A stretch of DNA of 64,000 nucleotides from Octopus sinensis (taxonomy: Eukaryota): assembly GCF_006345805.1 (NCBI RefSeq), contig NC_043001.1, forward strand, positions 95,480,001 through 95,544,000. The letters run 5' to 3'. Shown here one piece after another: positions 26,063-37,572 of the stretch. The position numbers and the translations under genes are program-made. The notes under the pieces are model-generated. The model did no database searches and was not told where the DNA came from. It saw only the letters and a list, made by a program, of their open reading frames with translations. The first letter of the stretch is position 1; each line of letters opens with the position of its first letter.

Positions 26063-26069
26063 TTTTAGC

Positions 26070-26420
26070 ATTCCGCTGGTTAATATTTCTAGTAGGAGTT
26101 CATTTTTAATACTGTATTCTGCACGTGGTACTCCAGACAATATTTTGGCATCTCCTGTACTGCTGGTCACCAGTCTTTGAATGCTAGATTACGAATTAGG
26201 TTTTATGTGTATTCGGTACCCATAGATGGCGCTTCATGTAACGTGAATTAATTAGATTAAACTTTCGCAGAGCCCTAATATCCATTGACTTCTTGATATC
26301 AAGATATGGTCAACTTTGCTTCCATCTAATAGGAATATAATAGATGTCTTTATGAGAGAAGAAACGTACAATTCACTGCTGGTGAATAACTGGTGTCTAA
26401 ATCACTAAGACCATACTGTA
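26070..26420 (-). mobile_element. Degenerate LINE RT fragment
   Basis: SKVDHILI and ILSGVP segments correspond to the AFDKVDH..L and SGVPQG RT motifs. Confidence 0.35.
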
Positions 26421-26542
26421 AATTTCATCTCAATTCATGCTATTCTGATACCTAACGACTTTCGAGGGGATTTGGGCTACACCCAGGAAATATTAGGTAG
26501 TGTATAGTTGTCTTATATACGTACAAACAAACATATATATAT

Positions 26543-26575
<33 letters not shown>

Positions 26576-26651
26576 GCATACACATACACACACATTCGTA
26601 CACACATGATTACAAATACAAACATCTACATACATGTAAATATGTGCATAC

Positions 26652-26720
<69 letters not shown>

Positions 26721-28550
26721 GACTATACATACGCGCGCGCATACACACATACTTATATATAATATGGTTGAGTATTGTGTATGGATAATATCCTTATCAC
26801 ATAATTTAATGTTATGACGTTTATTGGTCCTGTATCAGTTACGCGCCTGTAATAAATTATTGACACCCCGTAGTCATATTAAGTACACTTAATAACATTC
26901 CCATCAATATTTTCGAAATTATATGTAATAACATTTCTGACAGTTAACCAGTATACATATGCACACCTCTAGAACTTCGTTAATAGCTAGTAAACCTATG
27001 TGATATTTGTCAGATAAATTCTGAATGCTTCGGGGTCTAATGGAAAATGATACAAAAGTAACACTTATATCGTCATTCATAATTATTTCATAAACTTCCA
27101 TCATTCCTGCTTGGAAAACGTCTAATTAACATGGCGACTAATATTTGGAAACCCACAATTTCTGTAACTGCAATATTGTAGCCGTATATATATTTAAGTT
27201 AATAATGGTTATTATACAAAGCCGTTTTAAATGCAGCATAAAATAACAATATAATATAAAAGAAATCATTATTATCATTATTATTATCATGATCATTATT
27301 ATTTTCCTTGTTTCAGTTGCTGATATTATTTCATTACGATAATCATGTGTCATTTGTCAAAATACTGAGTCCATATTCTCCCAACTGTAATTTATTTCCG
27401 CTAAATTCATGATAAGCATCTAAAAATATACAGTGATATTTATATCATCATACAGATAAGGATTCTTAGAAATTAACGTTATATTAAATCTCAGGGAATG
27501 CACTGATATAGATATAAAACAAAATGCAATTTTCTGTCAATAATAGTTACCATATTCTTAATTAATATATTGATGTACATAACAGTGTTACCTAACGCAA
27601 TAAAAAGCCTTCGGAAACCCCTTTATATATATGTACGCTATAGTTTCATTTTCTTGTGTTAAATGAAGAGTTGCAGAATGTAGCTTATTATATGAAGTCT
27701 GTTTTAGTTTAATCTTGGGTTACATCTGAAGTTTGATATCCCAGTAAAATCGGAAATTATATGTTCATGTTATTTAACCAATGGTAAGAGTAAATTCTTT
27801 GCAATAAACTGTATTTCATGTTCAATGTATCTCTTTCGTCTATAAAGAAATATCTTGATCAGTAATATTTTTTTAGATGTTGTACTGTGATTTAAACAGA
27901 TTTTTCGAGCACGATTTTGTAAATAGAATCGAGAGAGAAGTGTTCCTTTATTTGCATAGTTCCCATGTATTAATGGACTCATCCTCCATTTTTACAGCTT
28001 AGTTGTTTGTGAGGGCAGCTATACTCACTTGATATTATTGCATATTCCATATTTCAACAACTCTTATAATGTGTAAATTATATGTCAGACGTTGCATTTA
28101 GTTATCTTTATGTGAAATACTTCATTGCTACCAGAGATATACCTTATTGTAGCAAGGAATTCTGTTCACAAGTTTGCGAATATTTCCACTCTGCTGTTAT
28201 CCTACATATAAGAATATAATTTAATTCACACGTTGACGTAATTGCTTTACAGTATTACATCAAGTCATTCTGGTGTAACACTTCAGATTTAATGATTTAA
28301 GAGCGTAATGGGAAGAATGGAGATAGGCACTACATAGGGAAGCAAATTACATATCTGGTATATTTGATATGAGTATCCTGTTAATATGTAGTGCTAGTTT
28401 AAAAAAACGCATATTTAAATTTTGTGTCGATTCCCTATCGCTAATGACCTATGTAATTCTGTAAGTTGGTATACATCTCTCTTACTCTCACTCTCTCTCT
28501 GTCATTCCCCTTCACTCTGTCTCCCTCTCTCTATTTATCTATATATAATA

Positions 28551-28622
<72 letters not shown>

Positions 28623-29270
28623 ATCGTTAATAGATTTAACGTAACGTCAAACATCCGAAAACAGGCAACTCATGTCCTTTTTTTGCATAGGTAGTTCTTC
28701 ATCTCACTTGTTGAAAAGAATATCTAACCATTACTCTACATTTAGACATATCAATAAACGCAACAATTCTGGACTTAGTAAATTAATTTAGTCTCTAAGG
28801 GAATAATTTGATTTGGAATGGAATATTCTATCTAGAGAATGGTTAATCTTTTTATCTGCTCTGTAACGAAGAGCAATATCTCATTCTTTTCTGGGAGACT
28901 TATCATGTAAACCTGTTTAAAGAACGCGTTTATCGTTGCAAACATTGGCAACACTATACCTTTAGTCCTTATAAGTAATTTCTACCAATCTATAAAACTC
29001 GACATTTAAATGTCTTTATACATTTAATTTCCACTACATGTATTTTTCTCCACGCATTATTCCGATTCATCTATCGCACTTTATGTCTCCACTTTTAAAG
29101 TTCTGTCACTTTTTTTCATTCTTCTCATTCTCTTTCTTTAAATTGCGTTTAACGTGAAATCTATCAGCGGTTTATTCTTAAAGCATAACTTGCCAGCTTT
29201 CCTCTTCATCATGTACGCGGTAACCACATTCGGTGAAAATGGCTTCTTGATGTGTTTCGTTTCTCTTTTT

Positions 29271-29364
29271 TACCCTGACGAGATGATTGCATTATTTTAC
29301 AGCATTTTATTCCCCGGGAATAATGTCAATGTTTTCTTCGAAACATATGTCTCAAGTGTAAAGA
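29271..29364 (+). ncRNA. Hammerhead-like motif with canonical core and disrupted stem I
   Basis: CTGACGA(29275-81). Stem II GATG/CTTC extended by ATTG-CATTATT/AATAATG-T-CAAT. GAAA(29340-43), palindromic CATATG, then TC (GUC triplet, cleavage after 29351). Stem I pairs only distally (TTTAC/GTAAA). Confidence 0.4.
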
Positions 29365-29546
29365 TTTGAATAACACCTGCGTTTAACTCCATATCTTAAG
29401 TTATCTATGTTATTCAAAGACATTGCACTTACCCCTGGAATTTCTACTTTTATCAGTACGGTGTAATATCCTTGGCACCTATGTGAAATTTTCTACCCTG
29501 GTAACTATAAATTTATATTCTCCGTGGTATATGTACACATTGAAAA

Positions 29547-29629
<83 letters not shown>

Positions 29630-29638
<9 letters not shown>

Positions 29639-29957
29639 TGTTCGGGATGGTCATTTAATCTTGCCTAATAAACACACGCACTATATATTCGTTCTCCACT
29701 CGTTTATTACGATTCTTATTCTAATTCAAATTCATTGTACGGGAATCTTTCGTCACACAGCTATGACCTCTTAAGTGACACTTCCCATCTTCGTGTATGC
29801 TTTTGCTCCACTTATTTCATTCTGTTCTACGATGTGTAACCTTATAAGCGCATGCGTTTGCTTCCCGGTTTGTGCGTGTGTGTGTGTGCGGGCATGTGTG
29901 TGTATGTGTGTGTGTGAGTGTGTATGTGTGTGTGTTTGTACACAACCACACAATATA
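29630..29957 (+). repeat. Third copy of the old family seen at 2450 and 3945, cut at the mariner insertion
   Basis: ggatggtcattt..gcc.aataaaca...gcactatatatt and ttcgtgtatgc similarity. Confidence 0.55.
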
Positions 29958-31236
29958 CGAGGGGCGTTCAATAAGTAATGCCGCTGACCCACTTCCCATA
30001 GCAGTAGAGCAACGAAACTTGGCACAGTTATTAGTCTTTTTCTACATAGGAACCACCCAGAGTTACGCATTTCTCTTATCGTCTGATGCGGCTCTGGAGA
30101 CCGTTTTTGTAGAAGAATCTAGCTTGGTCCTCCAACCTCAACGTGACTTCAGAAATCAAGACTGCATCATCTGGAAAACGCTTTCCTTTCAAAAACAACT
30201 TCATGACTGGGAAGAGGTGAAAATCAGAGGGTGCAAGGTCAGGAAAGTAGGTGGGATGGGGTAGGAGTTCATAGCCGCACGCCTGTGCTTCTGATCTGGC
30301 GACAAGCGAGTTGTGGACCGGAGCGTTGTCCTGCAGGAGGAGGATGCCTTTGCTGATCTTGCCCCGCCTCTTGATTTTGATAACTTCTCTTAATTTCCTC
30401 AAAAGTGAAGCATACTAGGCTCCTGTAATTGTGGTACCCTTTGCCAGGAAATCTGTCATCACTACTCCGTCCTGGTCCCAGAAGACTGTGAGCATGACCT
30501 TGCCAGCGGAGGGCTGCACCCTTGCCTTCTTTGGAGGGGGTGAGTCACGGTGCTTCCACTGCATTGACTGGGCTTTGGTCTTGGATCATCGTGATGGACC
30601 CAGGCTTCATCCTGTGTAATCAGTCTTTTGAAAAATTTTGACTCATCTTCTTGGCACATCTCCAAATTCATCCTCGAGCACTCGACGCGTTCTTGCTTCT
30701 GGAAAGGTGTGAGCAACCTGGGAATCCATCTGGCAGACACCTGTTGCATATGCAAATGGGCATGAATGATAGTTTGCACAGACCCGGTACTAATCTTGAC
30801 CTCATGGGCTATTTGGCGAATAATTATGCGTCGATCTTCCAAAATGGCAGCCTCAACTTGACGGACAGATGCCTCATCAATGGCAGAAGCGGGGCGACCA
30901 GATCTGGGAGCTGTTTCCACAGAGTTCCGACCATGTTTGAATTCACGATGCCAGCGTTTTACAAGCTTATATGATGGGGCATCATCACCATAAGTTACTT
31001 TCATTTCATCAAAAGTCTCCCGTGGTGTGCGTCCTTTCAAATACAAAAAACGGATCACTGCTCGACACTCAACAGGCTCCATTTCACACTTGACTCAGTT
31101 CAAACACCTGTAAATCAGAAACCACAATTAGTTCAGAGCTGTAATTCATCACTCACTCTATAGAGATATAACTGATTGCACATGCAAAATTTCAGCTGCA
31201 AATGGGTCAGAGGCATTACTTATTCAACGTCCCTCG
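29958..31236 (-). mobile_element. Full-length mariner transposon (DD34D), 1279 bp, TA target-site duplication
   Basis: TIRs cgaggggcgttcaataagtaatgcc and its reverse complement with 2 mismatches in 25 bp. TA at 29956-57 and 31237-38. Confidence 0.95.
30031..31082 (-). pseudogene. Mariner transposase pseudogene, about 350 codons
   Basis: MEPVECRAVIRFL...HTH...WIPRLL...TQDEAWVH, then a frameshift near 30585, GKVMLTVFWD, a stop near 30415, QDNAPVH..34 aa..PDLAPSDFHLF, a stop at 30076, and the natural end SYVEKD*. Confidence 0.92.
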
Positions 31237-32092
31237 TATTCAAACGATAAAACTCTTTTTTTACATATAAGGCATTTACGTTCTAAAATGTTGTCTCCGT
31301 CATGGTTTTTGTAGCCTTATGCCATCACATCACATAAAAGGAACGACAAACAGGAGTTGCGCACGTTTCACAATGTATTAGGAAATGAACTATATTTTTA
31401 TCATAATATCATGTTACTTGTGGTTTCACTACATTTAGACTTTGGTCTAATCAATGGATTGAAGATTTTGATTCCGGAACTGGAAATGATGAGGTACGTA
31501 ACTGTTTGATAGGTTTTGTTTATTTTTGGAATGTGAAGTAGATGTTACAGTCGAGTGAAAAAATTATATTCCGAACAGTAAGCCGGAATAAATTTAACAA
31601 TCTACGGTAGCTTTTGGTATTGACACTTTAAGAAGCTTATGTGGAAGTTCACGGAACGATGTGCCTTTCTGTCATTGTTTCATACATGAGAATAAGTAAG
31701 TACTTCTATGTCATGTAGGTGGTATGCTTAATCACAAATGATCGCTGATGGAGAATATTTGTGGTCGAATGTTATCTCGACTTTGAATGTCACACCACGT
31801 TTTGTCAAGTGTTGTAAATTATCTCAGATTACATTAAGTAATATCTGTCTTATCTAACAAACTAGTTCATGACACGCGGAAGATTATATTTTGAATATTG
31901 AAAGAAGGACCCAACACAGAAAAGTTAGCGTGTCTGTTAGTGTATCATGATGTGAGTCTCAGTAGTGTAAACATAAATGTATTTTGTTAATGTTTCGTAT
32001 CTCATATGTTTGGATATACATTAATATATATATAATGCATTGACACATTACGTTTTAATTCCTACATTAATTTTAATTCATAAACGTAAATA

Positions 32093-32977
32093 TTGGGTCA
32101 TCCCATGCGGTTTTTATATTTCCTAATTTTTAGAAATTACGATAATCAAAGTTCTTTTTTAATCTAAAATGTACTCTCCTTCATTTTCTACAATGTTCTT
32201 CCATCTATCTGGTAGACTTGCAAGGTTTTTCTTCCAAAATTCACTTTCCTTGGCGAAAAATACTCCTTCAAGCCGGTTCTGACCTGGACTACAGAATTCA
32301 TAATTTTTCGGTCTAAATGATTTTGAAGATTGCGGAATAAATAATAATCAGATGGGACAATATCCGGTGAATATGGTGGGCGGGGTATCGTTTACCATTC
32401 AAACTGCTCCAGAGTCTGGAATGTCATCCTCTCTGTATGTAGCCGAGCATTATCCTGATGGAAGAACACCTTTCATCTTGAAACCAAAGATAGTCCTTTT
32501 TCTAGTAGGTCTGACTTCCATGACTTGTTGAATGACCAAATCCAAGCTTCTCCGCTCGTGCCTTAAGAGTTACGATGGGATTATATCCATCAGGGTTTGA
32601 AGGACGTCCTCGTGGAGCTCTACAGATCTCGTCTTTTAGGCTGTAGTTTCCGGCTCGCAATTTAGGAGTCAGTATTGACACTGGCTTCGGCTTATTGTCT
32701 GATCCCATATACTGGATTAATATTCCTCGCACTTTCCGTTATGCTTTGCCTAAAAGCAAAATACGCCGTATATACTTCTTTGTCACTTCCATTATTGCTT
32801 TGAATAAATAATTGTTAAAATCGAACCGCACTCTTCAAAGCTTCCACTAAGAAGAAGTACTAGGTAAAATTACTACCTGATTTTATAAAAAAATTGATGC
32901 AATTAGTTTATCCTGTCCCCCTTTGATTTTTAGTTCATGCAATTGAAAAAGCCGCATTATTCATCGGATGATCCAAT
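32093..32977 (-). mobile_element. Internally deleted mariner (DD34D, different subfamily)
   Basis: N-terminal MEVTKKYIRRILL...KLRAGNYSLKDE...NPIVTL..AEKLGFGHST is joined to C-terminal HQDNAR.H...PPYSPDIVPSDYYLF...RWKNIVENEGEY. TIR-like ends ttgggtcatcccatg and catcggatgatccaa. Confidence 0.85.
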
Positions 32978-34540
32978 GCATTAATCTTTTTCACATAGGA
33001 TCAGGCGAGAAATTTTGAAGAATTACAAAGTCGACTATTCAAGGTAACATAGTTCAAACGAAAATAGCTGCGGAAAAACCATAAATCTTTTTTACGAATC
33101 ATTAGTTCTTACAGTAACATATTCTATAATGAATCCATTAAGTTTTATACAGACATTGCAGAAAGAAATCAGCCGTAAAATCAACTATATCTGTAAAAGC
33201 CGGTCTGTAGTACTTTTAGTAAGAACAGCCCTATTGGACAGTTTCGGAGCAGGACAGAAATGTTGCACTTATTGTTTTAATACTATTGGAACGTTCATAT
33301 TGTTTTATACTAATTTTCGATTATATATCCACTTATTTTCGTTTTGTAATTTGAGATTATCCTTGCGCAGTAATGGAACTCGTATGGAACAGTGTTCTGC
33401 AGAATCGTTATGCAAAAGTTTGATTAGCAGTAAGTACCTCCTCACTCATGACTGACTTAGTTTTATACTAATACCTATCTTTTCAGTATAATAGTGCTTA
33501 AGATCTAGGAAGACACAAGTAATACTATTCCCTTGTTACAAAATAGCGACCGAAAATACCTCAACGTACATGTTACAGATTTAATAGTAAATTATGCCAG
33601 GAATGCTTTTGAACAAAGGATCCTCTAACAAGGGCCACTGTGATTTTCAACACTAGACTTAAGAAAAAGAACAGATTTTCAAAAGGAAGATTCAAGGTAG
33701 AAATGTATTGGATTACTTTATCAATGTATATGCAGTGTTTACAGCACATATTTTCGTTTAATTAAATCAATAAATTAGTTTAGTTAATATATTTTATACA
33801 TTAATGCTATCGTATTTATCTTAATATTTTTAATTGACCGTTTGATCTCAACGTTTAGTGTGAAAACAAAAATAATGACACAAGTATTTCTATCATATGA
33901 AACATGAAAGACACTGATTCTACGGCAATTAAGGACACGTGAGATTCGATGCATCTGTGGATGTTTGAAACATCAGTAATCTTTGCTTTTTTGATGAAAT
34001 TTTAAAACGTCGAGAACGGAGAAAAAAAAACTTAATCCGTGTTCATTTAAGTATTTATATTTTAATTCAAATCATAGATACTCGCACAGACGCCCTCGCA
34101 CATATACACACATACACACACTTAAGCATACTCACATGCACACAAACACCTACACACACGCACACATAAAAATTCCAGGGAATATATGCAACACTTTTGT
34201 AACAAATTGAAGTGTAAATGTTTCATGCATCTAACTTAATTTTATGATTCCTTCTATTAAAATGGGTTTCCCATAAAATTTGAAAAGATTTCAATGTAAA
34301 ATTTACTCATTAGCTTGTCAGATAATGCGTTGCATCAAATATATTTCACCATTAGTTGAACTGTTATTTGATGAATCTCATCTTCTGTACTTTGAAAAGT
34401 TTCGATGCAAATTTATATACTTAAAAATTCAACTGCGAAACAGATTTCCGAACACATTTAATTACTAAACTTTATTACACTTACTAGTTTTGCTTGTAGA
34501 TCAAAAGCATCAATACTCCTTTACTCTTACTCTTTTACTT

Positions 34541-34730
34541 GTTTAATTCATTTGACTGTGGCTATGCTGGAGCACCGCCTTTAGTGGAGCAAATCGCCCC
34601 CAGGACCTATTCTTTGTATGCATGATACTTATTCTATCGGTCTCTATGGCCGAACCGCTATGTTTCGGGGACTGAAACACACCAGCATCGGTTGTCAAGC
34701 GATGTTGGGGAGACAAACACAGATACACAA

Positions 34731-34817
<87 letters not shown>

Positions 34818-34984
34818 TACGACGGGCTTCTTCCAGTTTTCGTCTACAAAATCCACTCACAAGGCTTAGGTCGACCGAGGGCTATAGTAGAAGACACTTG
34901 CCGAAGGTGCCACGCAGTGGGACTGAACTCGAACCCATGTGGTTCGTATGCAATCTACTTACCACACAGCCACTCCTATGCCTA
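34541..34984 (-). mobile_element. tRNA-derived SINE (family B) with internal (CA)n(TA)n tract
   Basis: Head on the minus strand with A-box GTGGCTGTGTGG and a B-box-like GGGTTCGAGTTCAGTCC, then a CCTT(C/G)GGCAAGTGTCTT core. Collinear with the 56972 copy. Confidence 0.9.
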
Positions 34985-35139
34985 CATCTATTATATTTTT
35001 TTTCTTTTTATGCCAGGGTTTTTTCTTGTTCTGCGAGAATTGTTTTACACGATGTAAACATTCGGCACTTCCTTCAGTCACATCACGATAATAAATATAT
35101 ACGCTATAAGCACAAGATCTGAAATGTGGGAGAAGTGAC

Positions 35140-35510
35140 TAAAATATTATATGGATCCCAGGGCGCAAGTGGTACTATTTCATCGAATCAAAACAGGAAG
35201 AAAGACACCAATTCCGATCTGGCGGCATTGGAATTCACGGTGGAAGGCCGAAATAAATACCACTAACCGGAGCATTCGGTTTAATATCATCCTACCTGAA
35301 TAAATATCTGGACACTTTAGAAATACTCAACAATCTTGGTGTAATGCGAAAATCGGATTTAAATGGAACTGCACGCATACTGCAAAAAATACTGCCTGTC
35401 TGAGTTCCTAGTAGTGACAGGTCCGGGTGCTAACGAATCTCTCAGCACGTTCAGTTTTAATACGACTAAATACTGCTAAGCATTTCAACCGGCGCGCTAG
35501 CAATTTTGCC
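35140..35510. mobile_element. Degenerate family-A SINE pieces plus an old R4-like LINE 3' terminus (about 35330-35415)
   Basis: ggtactattttcatcga and gcatttcaaccggcgcgctagc SINE segments. GTARILQKILP resembles the GTARILRKVL LINE terminus. Confidence 0.45.
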
Positions 35511-35514
35511 AGCC

Positions 35515-35701
35515 TGGACAATAATGATAATAATAGTGATGAAAATAATAATAGTAATAATAATAATAATAATATTAATAATAAAAATAAAAATAATAAT
35601 AATAATAATAATAATGATGATAATATTAATGAAAATAATGATAATAATAATAATTATTATTATTATTGAATAATAATGAAAATGATGATAATAATAATAA
35701 T

Positions 35702-35741
<40 letters not shown>

Positions 35742-35744
35742 GTG

Positions 35745-35808
<64 letters not shown>

Positions 35809-35833
35809 TATTAATAATAATAATAATAATAAT
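35515..35833. repeat. (AAT)n microsatellite array
   Basis: Read directly. It gives the poly-N, poly-I and poly-L ORFs. Confidence 0.95.
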
Positions 35834-36311
35834 AAAAACGAGAAAGCCACCATACTCTGGGATATGCCGATACACACAGATAGAGAAATTAAGCCCAACA
35901 GACCAGATATAGTTGTCAGAGATCATGAAGAAAAAAAATGCTTTCTAATTAGTGTATCAATACCGGCAGATGACAACGTGTCTCTAAAAGAAATGGAGAA
36001 ACTCTCAAAATACAAAGACCTGGAAATAGAGATAACTAGAATGTGGAACCTGAAAACAAAAACAATTCCTATCATAGTAGGTGCATTAGGCATGATAAAA
36101 AAATATTCAGACAAATACATAACAAAAACACCAGGACTTACAAACACATATAACATACAGAAAATTGCACTACTAGGCACCGCACACATCCTACGCAGAA
36201 CACTTTCCATACAATAACCATCAGAGCATCACAGCAAATCACAGCACATACCCAAGGCACACAGAGCTGCGCTCGGTAGTGAAGTGAAAGCACGCTATAA
36301 AAATAAAACTA

Positions 36312-36314
<3 letters not shown>
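35834..36314 (+). mobile_element. Young 5'-truncated R4/Dong-like LINE 3' end (restriction-like endonuclease domain) inserted in (AAT)n
   Basis: Uninterrupted frame NEKATILWDMPIHTDREIKPNRPDIVV...KEMEKLSKYKDL...PIIVGALG...KIALLGTAHILRRTL* (stop at 36217), a 3'UTR of about 100 bp, and (AAT)n on both sides. Confidence 0.9.
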
Positions 36315-36370
<56 letters not shown>

Positions 36371-36430
36371 TATTAATAATAGCAGCACCAGCAGCAGCAG
36401 CAGTAGTATTAGTATTAGTAGTAGCAGCAT

Positions 36431-36481
<51 letters not shown>

Positions 36482-36539
36482 AATTAGTAGTAAAAGTTGA
36501 TTTAAAACCGGAAACGGAGGCATTAATCTCTGCTGCCCT

Positions 36540-37480
36540 AAAGCAACCATGAGGAACCTATTACATCAAATACAGAATAGGCAACACACCAGAAAGTGAT
36601 AAGTGCATAATTTGTGGACAAAATGGTGAAACAGTATGGCATATTACCTGTCAGTGTACGCCACTAGCCCAGAAAGAATATAAGAGACGTCATGACAACA
36701 TAGCAAGGATTATCGATTGGACACTTTGCAACAAGTATGGACTTGACAGAGCAAAAATGTGATATGAACATAAACCCGAAGACATCATTGAAAATAATAA
36801 TGCAATGATCCCATGGAATTTTATGATTCAATGCGACCATGAGATAGAGTGTTAATTGAGAACGAAAGTAAACGATGCTGGATCACTGATATAGCATGCC
36901 CAGCCCACAAGAAGGTATGCGATGAGGAAGAAAGAAATACCTATGGTTATAACAGGTTAGCTTGGGAGGATAAGCAGTTGTGGTCAATGAAAAAGGTGGT
37001 AGTACTACCAATATTTCTCGGAGCCTTAGGAACAGTGAGCAAGAATTCTTGAAAAGTACACGGAACAAATAGTGGCTGCAATAATGATAATACAAAAATC
37101 CTGTGGGATTTTATATTTCAATGCGATCCATGAGATAGAGCATAGAAATCCAGGCATAGTCTTAATTCAGAAAGAAAACGATACTGGATGCCCAACAGAA
37201 AGCGAGCGATGCGATAAGGAAGAAAGAAAAGTCGATAGATATGACAGGTTAGCTTGGAAAGTTAAGAAGTTGTTGTCGATGAAAAAGGTAGCAGTAGTAA
37301 CAATAATTGTCGGAGCCCTGAAAACAGTGAGCAAAACATTCGAGAAATACGTGGAACAAATAGGGGCTGCAATAAGGGTGGAGCTTTTGCAGAAAACAGC
37401 ACTGCTTGGAACCGCTCGAATACTCCGGAAGGTGCTCGAAAAATAACGGATGTTACCTTAGTTTACTGGTAGTGAACCGC
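36540..37480 (+). mobile_element. Two tandem older R4/Dong-like 3' fragments (CCHC knuckle plus RLE, then a second RLE)
   Basis: CIICGQNGETVWHITCQC..LAQKEYKRRHDNIA...CWITDIACP...LGALGTVSK, and KVDRYDRLAWKV...IIVGALKTVSK...LLQKTALLGTARILRKVLEK*. Confidence 0.85.
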
Positions 37481-37481
37481 T

Positions 37482-37572
37482 GACACTGTAGGCTTCAGGG
37501 TATATCAGCCGAAACGTTGTGTTAACAACAAACAAGATGAGGACAAATATCCGTCGAATGTAAATAATGTAC
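37482..37572 (+). mobile_element. Penelope-like terminal fragment with a decayed hammerhead
   Basis: GACAC/GTGTT stem I, GGCT..AGCC stem II and GAAA-CG-TT are present, but the core is reduced to TGTA. Confidence 0.4.

Noticed and set aside
29160-29500. CR1 LINE 3' end on the minus strand
   Set aside because: Only a faint FKNK-like match. The plus-strand hammerhead-like fold explains part of the segment better.
33153-33429. Two adjacent candidate plus-strand exons (33153-33218, 33371-33429)
   Set aside because: Their phases are incompatible when joined (immediate stop), and there is no homology.
35666-36217. 183-aa ORF as a host gene
   Set aside because: The N-terminus is an AAT tract fused in frame to a truncated LINE endonuclease domain.
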